Shown one piece after another: positions 45,820 through 53,628 of a DNA stretch of 59,268 bases. A model generated the notes under the pieces. That model worked only from the letters and a program-made list of their open reading frames with translations, was not told the DNA's origin and ran no database searches. The translations under genes and the position numbers were made by a program. This DNA comes from a virus (taxonomy: Duplodnaviria; Caudoviricetes): IMG/VR virus record IMGVR_UViG_3300038456_000415, positions 1 through 59,268 of that record; one strand, 5' to 3'. How positions within the stretch are numbered: the stretch's first letter is position 1; each line of letters starts with the position of its first letter.

Positions 45820-46281
45820 ATGCTAGGTGACTGCGTCGGCTGCTGGAAGGCCCCTGACGAGTGCTCGTGCATCCGCGATGTCCGAGTGGAGGTCGTCAAC
45901 AAAGAAGTGAGCCTCGAGCAGCTGGTCACTGAGGTCAAGGTACTGCGCCTGCAGCCCGGGGACGTGCTCGTGCTCAAGAGCGACAAGCTCCTCTCCAGCC
46001 ATGACACCAAGGACCTCCTCCAGAACGCGGCCGGCCTTATCACCAAGTTCGTGGGTTTCCGGGTGCCCGTGGTGGTCATCCCCGAGGACGCCGAGGTAGA
46101 GGTGCTCCGGAGCGGCGACGGCACCACCCTCCTGCCCCACCAGAAGGCCCTCGACGACGCGCTCGTGCCCGTGCCCACGAGCATGGGCACGACGGGCATC
46201 AACATCATCAAGAGCAAGACCCCCGGGCCCCTCTCGGGCCTCATAGCGGCCGCAGCTACCGAGGACAAGGGTGACGGGTAG
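45820..46281 (+). CDS. Hypothetical protein
   Basis: GGAGG RBS; CxxC..CxC N-terminus; LRLQPGDVLVL. Confidence 0.65.
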   Translation: MLGDCVGCWKAPDECSCIRDVRVEVVNKEVSLEQLVTEVKVLRLQPGDVLVLKSDKLLSSHDTKDLLQNAAGLITKFVGFRVPVVVIPEDAEVEVLRSGDGTTLLPHQKALDDALVPVPTSMGTTGINIIKSKTPGPLSGLIAAAATEDKGDG

Positions 46282-46283
46282 CG

Positions 46284-47186
46284 ATGGCCAAGAACCTTAT
46301 CTACGGCTACATTGACCCCCGGAACGGACATCTCAGGTATGTCGGGAAATCTACGCTAGGGATGCACCGGCCCAAGGCCTTCGGTGGGCATTCTCACGGC
46401 CATGTGGGCAGATGGATTGAATCCCTAGCTCGGCTAGATTTGGAGCCTGGAATACTCATTATCGAAGAGCTTCCAGACGACGCCGACGATGCCTGCCTCG
46501 ATGAGGCGGAGCGCCACCACATAGCCTATTGGAGATTTGTTGAGTGTAACCTGACGAATCTCCTACGTGGCGGCGGAACGGGCACCAGGGGGTACAGATT
46601 ATCCCCCGAATCCATCGAGATGGGCGCCGCTAAAAAAAGGGGCCGAAAACGAGACCCGAAATCCATCGCTAAGACAGCCTCAGCCAACAGAGGGAGGAAG
46701 CGGAGCCTGGAGGCGAGGGCGAAGATGTCCGCCGCCTCGCTGGGGCGCAAGAAAAGCCCCGAGGCGGTCCTGAAGACCGCAGCTGCTAATAGGGGCCGGA
46801 AGCAAACTCCCGAGGAAATTGAAAGAAGAGTATCCTCTATTCGGGGACGGAAGCAGAGCCCTGAGACTATCGAAAAAAGAGCCTCAAAGTTGAGAGGGCG
46901 TAAGCAACGCGCCGAGGTGGTTGCAAAAAGAGCCGAAGCGCAAAGGGGTTACAAACAAAGTCCCGAACACATTAAGAACAGGTTCGAAGCTCGGAAGAGG
47001 TCCATTCAAGACCAATACGGAGAGGTATATCCGAGCATCAAAGAAGCCGCCGAACGGTTGGGGCTTCGGGCAAATTGTATCAGCACCGTACTGGGGGGCA
47101 AATACAAGCATACCGGTGGCTATGTCTTCACATACGTCACTCCCTCGACGCCGGCACAAACAGCGGCTACACTGGAGGCCAAGTGA
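46284..47186 (+). CDS. GIY-YIG homing endonuclease with NUMOD3-like repeats and C-terminal HTH
   Basis: LIYG.IDPR...RYVGKS, E..HI, LTN...GG; eight 17-aa repeats; YPSIKEAAERLG. Confidence 0.9.
   Translation: MAKNLIYGYIDPRNGHLRYVGKSTLGMHRPKAFGGHSHGHVGRWIESLARLDLEPGILIIEELPDDADDACLDEAERHHIAYWRFVECNLTNLLRGGGTGTRGYRLSPESIEMGAAKKRGRKRDPKSIAKTASANRGRKRSLEARAKMSAASLGRKKSPEAVLKTAAANRGRKQTPEEIERRVSSIRGRKQSPETIEKRASKLRGRKQRAEVVAKRAEAQRGYKQSPEHIKNRFEARKRSIQDQYGEVYPSIKEAAERLGLRANCISTVLGGKYKHTGGYVFTYVTPSTPAQTAATLEAK
46587..46994 (+). repeat. Eight degenerate 51-bp coding repeats (RGRKxSPE...)
   Basis: 17-aa periodicity in the translation. Confidence 0.8.
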
Positions 47187-47189
47187 GGC

Positions 47190-47195
47190 AATCTA
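47190..47195 (+). promoter_or_regulatory. Putative late promoter AATCTA
   Basis: GGCAATCTAAGG, identical to the site at 53179. Confidence 0.5.
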
Positions 47196-47204
47196 AGGGA
47201 CATC

Positions 47205-47594
47205 ATGAGCAATCTCTGGCTGGACGACGTGAGGCCTGCCCCCCCAAATTGGCTGTGGGTCAAGACCGTAAGGGACGCCCAGAAGCTCCTCTCCGAGGGC
47301 AAGGTCGAAAAGGCAAGCCTGGACCACGACCTCGGACCCCAGCCCCCGTGTCTGGAGTGCGAGGGCGAGACGCAGGACTGCGGGCAGTGCCACTGCCACC
47401 AGCGCCCAAGCAACGGTTGCGACCTAGTGGGGTGGATGGTGGGGTCCGGCAAGTGGCCGCTCCACAAGCCCGAGGTGCACAGCGCAAACCCGCCGGGCGC
47501 CCAGCACATGCGCGCGATGATAGACCAGCACTTCCCTGGCAACCCGGGACCAGCCCAGGCCCCCTCGGGCAACGGTGGGTCCTCCAAGACGTAG
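47205..47594 (+). CDS. Cyclic-phosphate-processing receiver (cREC-type) domain protein
   Basis: LWLDDVR.AP..W.WVKT, SLDHDLG, G.D.V.WM, VHSANPPGA..M; Cys-rich insert. Confidence 0.8.
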   Translation: MSNLWLDDVRPAPPNWLWVKTVRDAQKLLSEGKVEKASLDHDLGPQPPCLECEGETQDCGQCHCHQRPSNGCDLVGWMVGSGKWPLHKPEVHSANPPGAQHMRAMIDQHFPGNPGPAQAPSGNGGSSKT

Positions 47595-47791
47595 GTACGG
47601 GCAAGGCCATCGCCTCGGTCCCGGTCATCGACACCCTCGAGCGTAGGTGCGTGGCCCTCAAGCGTGACCAGTGGCTGCGTCTCCGCCAGCTCGCCCTGGA
47701 AGTGGGTATCCGCGACGGTGGCCGCACCGACGGCGTGGGCGCCATCGTCAGGGCCTGCGTGGACCGCTACCTGGGAGAACCCAAGCTATGA
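47575..47791 (+). CDS. Ribbon-helix-helix-like small protein (start unresolved)
   Basis: RRCVALKRDQWLRLRQLA...VGAIVRACVDRYL; stop overlaps the next ATG. Confidence 0.45.
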
Positions 47792-47973
47792 CCGAGGAAG
47801 AGCTGAAGGAGCTGGTGGAGACCATCACGGACACGGAAATCAAGTTCGACGAGCGCCTGACCGCACTCGAGAACTTCAACGACGAGGTCAAGGCAACCCT
47901 GGAAGAGGTGGGGAAGAGCCTGCAGATTCTCGACAGCCGCCTCAAGGACGTCGAGAAGTGGAGGCGCTCGTGA
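47788..47973 (+). CDS. Small coiled-coil protein
   Basis: GGAG RBS; heptad pattern; coupled at both ends. Confidence 0.65.
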   Translation: MTEEELKELVETITDTEIKFDERLTALENFNDEVKATLEEVGKSLQILDSRLKDVEKWRRS

Positions 47974-48440
47974 TTCGCAGCGTGCTCCTCTACCCGGACG
48001 CTAGGCTCAGGGGGGTCTCTAAGCCGCTCGAGGAGGAGGAGGACTTCAATGATGACCTGGTCGACCTCATCGCCGACCTCCGGGAGACCATGCAGCACTA
48101 CCGCGGCGTGGGCCTGTCAGCGCCCCAGATTGGGGTCATGAAGAGGGTCGTCGTCATCACCGGAGACCCCCGCGCCGCCGAGCCCTTAGTTCTCGTGAAC
48201 CCCGTCATCACACACCTCAGCGGGAACAGGAAGCTTATGCGCGAGGGGTGCCTGAGCTTCCCCGGGGTCTTCGAGATGGTGATGCGCAGTTTCAAAGTGA
48301 GGGTTTCGTTTTTATTCCCGGACAAGCTCGACCAGCGCTATAGTATGAAACTAGCCGGCCTCCAGGCTCACGTGGTGCAGCACGAGCTTGAACATCTCGA
48401 CGGAATTCTTTTGAGCGACCACAAGAAGATTGTGGTATAG
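47970..48440 (+). CDS. def: Peptide deformylase
   Basis: GVGLSAPQIG, EGCLS, QHELEHLDG; short C-terminus. Confidence 0.95.
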   Translation: MIRSVLLYPDARLRGVSKPLEEEEDFNDDLVDLIADLRETMQHYRGVGLSAPQIGVMKRVVVITGDPRAAEPLVLVNPVITHLSGNRKLMREGCLSFPGVFEMVMRSFKVRVSFLFPDKLDQRYSMKLAGLQAHVVQHELEHLDGILLSDHKKIVV

Positions 48441-48441
48441 T
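48431..48441 (+). promoter_or_regulatory. Promoter TGTGGTATAGT
   Basis: Exact consensus containing the def stop codon. Confidence 0.75.
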
Positions 48442-48486
48442 CTCTCTCGAACCCCAATTACGGGGAAACACGAGGAGAAGACCCAA

Positions 48487-48660
48487 ATGGCAAGTTTCAA
48501 GAAGGCGAAGCTCAACCCCAGTGGCACGCTGTCCCTGCTCACCGTCGGCAAGCCCAGCAGCACCACGAACGTCGTCGCCATCACGCGGGACGGCTACAAG
48601 TCTCTCAAGGCCGGCAAGCGCGTCAAGTACGCGGATGTGGCCTTCCAGGGCAACGCGTAG
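48487..48660 (+). CDS. Small basic protein (57 aa)
   Basis: GAGGAG RBS; own promoter; codon bias. Confidence 0.7.
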   Translation: MASFKKAKLNPSGTLSLLTVGKPSSTTNVVAITRDGYKSLKAGKRVKYADVAFQGNA

Positions 48661-48679
48661 TCTGAGGAGAATAACGGCC

Positions 48680-49117
48680 ATGAAAACCAATCCAAAGAGT
48701 GTCTTCATGGCCGCGGCCCTGCTGGTGGCCCCCCTCGTGGGGGCCACCAGTGTGGCTCGAGCCGTGGTCTCCACGACTGTCGGCACGAGCGCGCCGGCAG
48801 CTCCCATTCCCAGCACCCCCCAGTCCCCGACGACCGGCACCAAGCGTTCCGGCGCTGAGATTCTCACGGCCCTGCAGAAGGAAATCGACGCCATGGTCGC
48901 GAGGATGACCGAGAAGCTCGGCTCCCCCGTCGTGGTCTTGGATGTCAAGATTTCGCCCCTGAGCGCAAGGGTCCTGGTGCTCTTCGACACCCCAGCCAAG
49001 CCATCCCCGACGGTCGTCATCTTCGGCTACGACCAGGAGGCTAATGTCTGGGCGCCGACGGACGTTTTTGAGCCCTTCGACCTGAAGTCGGCCCTCGAGA
49101 AGGTCCGCGGCAAGTAA
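48680..49117 (+). CDS. Putative secreted protein
   Basis: GAGGAG RBS; Sec-type signal peptide (MKTNPK, hydrophobic core, ARA). Confidence 0.7.
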   Translation: MKTNPKSVFMAAALLVAPLVGATSVARAVVSTTVGTSAPAAPIPSTPQSPTTGTKRSGAEILTALQKEIDAMVARMTEKLGSPVVVLDVKISPLSARVLVLFDTPAKPSPTVVIFGYDQEANVWAPTDVFEPFDLKSALEKVRGK

Positions 49118-49129
49118 GATGCGGTGTTT

Positions 49130-49528
49130 TTACAGCAGGGGTGCCGCTTGGGCGGCGGGCTCGACGCGCACTGACTGTGCGTTCTGGCAGATTCTGGCCC
49201 CGTTGGCGGTCAGGAACGCCGACATGTTCGAATTCCCGTAGTTCGGGGGCAGGTTCTCGGTGAGGGTCTGGGCTGGCGCCGAGGCTGTGTTCGCCGCCTG
49301 AGGTCCACCGGCCGCGGGTCCTGAGGCGGGCCTCGCGCAGACGCGCACGAACAAGGTAGTGCTGTTGGGGATGACCGTGATTCTCACCGTGGCCGAATTC
49401 CCAATGGTGTCATAGACCTGGCAGACCGCGCCCGGAAGAAACCCCGATGTGGACAAGACGGTGAGTTGCCCCTGGACGGTTCCGTTGGCGTTGAGGGTGA
49501 CATCAACCTGGCTGACTTCGACGTTCAT
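49130..49528 (-). CDS. Putative virion protein
   Basis: AAGGAG RBS and AATCTA upstream; end of the tail operon. Confidence 0.65.
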   Translation of the reverse strand: MNVEVSQVDVTLNANGTVQGQLTVLSTSGFLPGAVCQVYDTIGNSATVRITVIPNSTTLFVRVCARPASGPAAGGPQAANTASAPAQTLTENLPPNYGNSNMSAFLTANGARICQNAQSVRVEPAAQAAPLL

Positions 49529-49547
49529 GACATGCTCCTTGTGAGAT

Positions 49548-49553
49548 TAGATT
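49548..49553 (-). promoter_or_regulatory. Putative late promoter AATCTA
   Basis: AGCCCCAATCTAA, same context as 4364. Confidence 0.6.
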
Positions 49554-49559
49554 GGGGCT

Positions 49560-52466
49560 TTAAATGGCGGTGATGGTAGCCGTGGCCCACAGATTGTAAC
49601 CGACCATCAATCCTGTGAAATCGACGGAAACGCTCATCGCCTTTCCCACGCCCGTAATAGCGTGAACCACAACGCTGAAGGTGTAAATCTGGTTCACCCC
49701 CGCCGGACCGATTTGCGTCATATTCTGTGGTGGGGTGGTGATAGAGGCTCCAATGTTAGGAGCCCAGAACTGAACCTGGGTTGTCGCCGAACCGATACCG
49801 CCAGTGACGCCTGTGACCTCGACGACGACGTCGACACGGTAGAGCCCCTCTCTTGTCGGGGCCGGGGCCGACGAGAAGGCATTAAGGATGACGTTTGCTG
49901 AGGCCGAGCCCCCTACGATTGAAAGAGGGCGGTCCAATACCTGGACGAGAGTGGCGTTCACACCGTAACTGCCGGCCGTGGCAATCCCGTCGATGGCGGA
50001 TACGTTCTCCGTCACGACTACGCCAGACGTGACACCCCCTGGCGCAGCACCCCCCAATTCGATAAGGGAGTTGCTATTTCCGATGGCGATGGTGTTGGCG
50101 CTCGAGCCACCTGTGCCGATGTCGACAGTCCAGCCAGCCCCCGAAGTGACGCTCCCGAGGGTGAGCGTGCTGCCGTTGCCAGCGCCCGCGACGACCCCAA
50201 TCCCGATGGGACCTCCGTTACCGGTCCCGCTGTTGAGGCCGATGTTGATGAGGCCGTTATTGCCCGTGGAGACGTTTCCGACCCCTAGGAACGCCCCGTT
50301 TATCGACACGTTCGTGGGGGTTAGCCCGGTCCCGATGATGATGTCCGAGGTGTTGGTGGCCCCGATGGAAATGGTCGCACCCGTGATGCCCACGGTGCCC
50401 GTGCTGGCATTGCCTTGGATGAGAATGCTAGAGGACGCCGCGGTGCTCGCGAGCGTGATACCCGTGTTGAGGAGATTGATTGAGCTTGCCCCGGCGATGA
50501 GGTCCACGTCAGTCCCCGTGGCGATGACCGTCGAGGTGAGACTGCCGATGAGGACTGTGGTCGCGGTGCTTCCGCCGATGGAGACAGTCGAGGCCGCGTC
50601 GAGGGAAGCCGTGGTGCCCCCGATGAGGTCCAAGGCGGTCCCACTGAAAATGGTCAGGGGGGTGCCGCTACTGATGTTCACCGAGGTCGTCGCGGTCAGG
50701 GACAGTGTCGAACTGCCGACAATCTGGACCACGCCGCCCGTGAGGGTGGTGAGACTGCTGGAATTGCCAAGAAGGAAGGAGCCGGTGGTGGCGTTCCCGA
50801 CGATGATGTTCCCGGAAGTGCTATCCAGGGTCAGGGAGCCCGTGGTGGTGGTGATGCTCGTGGCACCTGTGGTCACGGACGTGAGGCTGGCCACGGCGAT
50901 ACTGATGGAGGCCGCGGTGCTGTTCGTGCCGATGTGAATGGCGTTGCCGTCGATGTCGGTCGTGTGCGAGAGACCCGTTTGGCCGTACCCGAGGCGGATG
51001 AGTTGCGTGGTCAGGGTACCCGCGGAGTTCCCGATGGCGATGGTGGTGTCGCTGAGGCCCGGTCCGATGGCGAGGGGCCCCGCTCCAAAATCGGCTACCC
51101 CGATGGTCCCCGTGTTGCCCCTGCTGATGGCGGGCGTGATGGTCGCGAGCGTGACGGTGTCGAAGAGCGTCACCACGGGATTGGCCGGCGAGGCCGAGGC
51201 GATGTTCAGCTCCACGACGCCGTTGCCACCGCTCGTGTACGGGCCCGCGGGCGCGAGGATGGAACCCACGCTCCACTGCGAATCGAGGGTGTAGTAGTTG
51301 TTCGGGGACCCGTTCGTTCCCGCCACGCACCAGGCGATGACCCAGCGCGTGAACGGCGGCGAGGGCACACCCAGCGTGGCCATGGTCCCCTTCTGGGGCT
51401 GCAGGGCCGTCACGCCCGAGGGGTTCGCGAGGGGAATCTGCTCCAGCTCGTCGATGTCCACGTAGATGCACTCGCCGGGCGCGAGGTCCGTGAGACCCGG
51501 GAGGGCCGCGGTCTGGTCGGCGATGGCGTTCTCGTACGTGCCGGCGATGCCACTGTTGCAGAACACGAAGACCAGCCCCTGCCAGAGGAGGTCCGTGGGT
51601 GAGGTCGTGTTCGGGTAGAGCGTGAGGTTGTCCCCGTTGGGGAAGCGCGCGTTCAGGTTACGTCCGAACTTCGTCTGCCGGTCGGCCGTGGCCGAGTACC
51701 AGAAGGGGCCTCCCCCGACTTCGCGCAGCCGGGATTCGATGCCCTGGATGGTGTCGTACACGCACGTGAAGGCCTTGTCACCACCCTGGAAGGGGTTCTC
51801 GCCTGGGGCCAGCTCGTTGCGCCCCTGGGGCCAGCTGTAGGCGTTGAAGGGGTTCGGGGTGGTACCACCCGTGCCCAGGCGCCCGAGCAGGTTGCGCGCG
51901 TCCTGGATGGTGAGGACGTTGTTGTTCGCGTCCGTGGTGACGAGGGCGATGGGGAGCACGTTCGGCGAAGCCGTGAAGTCCGAGGTCGAGATGACGATGA
52001 CGAAGTTGAGCGTGCGCGCGAGCGGGACCGTCTCGGGTTCCTCGAGGAGGGTGTCGGCGTCGAGGAACTCCACGAGGTCCGAGGTCGTCGGGTCTGTGGC
52101 ACGTCGCAGGTCCAGGCCCACGTAGTTCAGCTGCGAGGCGGTGAAACTCCCGAGCACCTGGGGGTTCGTGCTCGAGAGCACCTGCGGGGCCGTGCCAGGC
52201 TGGGTCCGGAAGATGGTCCCGTTCTCGCTGGCGTTGTAGTGGAGGATGACCCCGGGGTCGACCTGGAGTTGGAGGCTGGTCGCGGGCTGCCCGATGGCGC
52301 CAGGGTTGGCGAGCACGAAGCCGTTGACGACGAGGGGGTTCTTGCCCGCGATGGCCACACCGGCAAGCACATCGAAGTCGTTGGCGTTTGACGAATCAAT
52401 CGTACGAAGATGTGGGACGTCAACTCTGGCTTGTCCAAGCCAATTCATTTGTCTTTCTACAGACAT
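49560..52466 (-). CDS. Tail fibre/spike-like structural protein
   Basis: Globular N-terminus followed by long S/T/G/I-rich beta repeats (IxIG); in the tail block. Confidence 0.7.
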   Translation of the reverse strand: MSVERQMNWLGQARVDVPHLRTIDSSNANDFDVLAGVAIAGKNPLVVNGFVLANPGAIGQPATSLQLQVDPGVILHYNASENGTIFRTQPGTAPQVLSSTNPQVLGSFTASQLNYVGLDLRRATDPTTSDLVEFLDADTLLEEPETVPLARTLNFVIVISTSDFTASPNVLPIALVTTDANNNVLTIQDARNLLGRLGTGGTTPNPFNAYSWPQGRNELAPGENPFQGGDKAFTCVYDTIQGIESRLREVGGGPFWYSATADRQTKFGRNLNARFPNGDNLTLYPNTTSPTDLLWQGLVFVFCNSGIAGTYENAIADQTAALPGLTDLAPGECIYVDIDELEQIPLANPSGVTALQPQKGTMATLGVPSPPFTRWVIAWCVAGTNGSPNNYYTLDSQWSVGSILAPAGPYTSGGNGVVELNIASASPANPVVTLFDTVTLATITPAISRGNTGTIGVADFGAGPLAIGPGLSDTTIAIGNSAGTLTTQLIRLGYGQTGLSHTTDIDGNAIHIGTNSTAASISIAVASLTSVTTGATSITTTTGSLTLDSTSGNIIVGNATTGSFLLGNSSSLTTLTGGVVQIVGSSTLSLTATTSVNISSGTPLTIFSGTALDLIGGTTASLDAASTVSIGGSTATTVLIGSLTSTVIATGTDVDLIAGASSINLLNTGITLASTAASSSILIQGNASTGTVGITGATISIGATNTSDIIIGTGLTPTNVSINGAFLGVGNVSTGNNGLINIGLNSGTGNGGPIGIGVVAGAGNGSTLTLGSVTSGAGWTVDIGTGGSSANTIAIGNSNSLIELGGAAPGGVTSGVVVTENVSAIDGIATAGSYGVNATLVQVLDRPLSIVGGSASANVILNAFSSAPAPTREGLYRVDVVVEVTGVTGGIGSATTQVQFWAPNIGASITTPPQNMTQIGPAGVNQIYTFSVVVHAITGVGKAMSVSVDFTGLMVGYNLWATATITAI

Positions 52467-52469
52467 AGC

Positions 52470-53165
52470 TTACTCCACATACTTGAAAGTGTAGCCCTTA
52501 GCGGCAGATACTTTGCCCTTTAGGACTAGACAGATGTGAGAACGATGAACGCCAAGCTCACGCGAAGCCGCAACGGCAGATTTGTAGACTTTACCGTTTG
52601 AAGCCCAAATAGATTTAGAGACAGCGGCCGAAATCTTGGCTCGTCTTTCTGCAGAATGGGGTCCATTCTTCCTTCCAGAAAGCGTGGCTGAGATTTTGGC
52701 TCGAATGGTCGGGTCAGCAGACCTTGCTCGGGCCCTATCTACAAGAGCTGTCCTCTGTTCTTGGGTGAGGTCCTGTTTCTTGCCCAACGCGTGCTTGTTC
52801 CCGAGATTAGCCTCACGAAGTTTTCGCTTGGTTTCTGGGCTCATCTTACGCCCAACACACCCCTCACCGCCAAGAGTGTGGTTGTACAGTCCGGCCCCCA
52901 ACGACTTCCAATAGGCGATGTTCCAAATCTCTGCCTCTGGGAGGTCATCTCGATTCTCGTAGACTTCAAGAAGGATGGCTTCGGGTCTCATTCCCTGGGC
53001 TTTGAGTGACCGTATCCAGTTCCCAGTATGACTGTGGTCGCGTTTCAGGTATCCTGGATAAGCATGAGACCTAGCCCGCTTCAGTCCATACGTGGACTTG
53101 CCCACGTACCGGAGTTGTCCGGTCCGGGGGTCTGCCAATCCGTAGATGATGAACTTCGAGGCCAT
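52470..53165 (-). CDS. GIY-YIG homing endonuclease (NUMOD3 plus HTH)
   Basis: IIYGLADPR...RYVGKS, YNHTLGGEG, SPETKRKL, YKSAVAASRELG; low GC. Confidence 0.9.
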   Translation of the reverse strand: MASKFIIYGLADPRTGQLRYVGKSTYGLKRARSHAYPGYLKRDHSHTGNWIRSLKAQGMRPEAILLEVYENRDDLPEAEIWNIAYWKSLGAGLYNHTLGGEGCVGRKMSPETKRKLREANLGNKHALGKKQDLTQEQRTALVDRARARSADPTIRAKISATLSGRKNGPHSAERRAKISAAVSKSIWASNGKVYKSAVAASRELGVHRSHICLVLKGKVSAAKGYTFKYVE

Positions 53166-53178
53166 GGGGGATACTCCT

Positions 53179-53184
53179 TAGATT
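53179..53184 (-). promoter_or_regulatory. Putative late promoter AATCTA
   Basis: GGCAATCTAAGGAG, intergenic. Confidence 0.55.
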
Positions 53185-53192
53185 GCCGTTGC

Positions 53193-53624
53193 TTATGTTG
53201 GTGCCTGGGGCACGGAATTGTCCCATTCGAGGCACTCGAAGACGAGTGCTCCCGTGACGAAGTTCCTCACGGGCACGTTCCAGCTCTCGTTCAGGAGCGA
53301 GCAGCGGTTCGCCTCGAAGAGGACCTCGCCGGTGACGCGGTCGACGAGGGCGACCGTGAAGTAGCGCTGCCTCACGAGGTCCTTGAATTGGGTGGTCAGC
53401 TGCGCCCCCTGGGCGCCCCCGTCGTTGCTGGTCCGGTACACGTTGACGGTACCGCCGGCCTTGGCCTGCGTGGGCACGGCCTCGTAGGGGCCGCTGCTAT
53501 CGAGCCCGTAGACCATGCGCTGGCCCGTGGCGGAGTACCACTGGAACCCGAAGACGCGTCCGAAGGCGACGCCGTTGATGTAGAGGAGTACGCGTGCGCC
53601 AACGAGGATGAGAGGAGCGCCCAT
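53193..53624 (-). CDS. Tail-tube-like protein
   Basis: 143 aa; GARVLLYING...VYGLDS..PYE.VP pattern typical of contractile tail tube / tube initiator proteins. Confidence 0.6.
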   Translation of the reverse strand: MGAPLILVGARVLLYINGVAFGRVFGFQWYSATGQRMVYGLDSSGPYEAVPTQAKAGGTVNVYRTSNDGGAQGAQLTTQFKDLVRQRYFTVALVDRVTGEVLFEANRCSLLNESWNVPVRNFVTGALVFECLEWDNSVPQAPT

Positions 53625-53628
53625 GGGC

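Noticed and set aside
49118-49129. Intrinsic terminator at the convergence of the two gene blocks
   Set aside because: Short T run but no convincing stem
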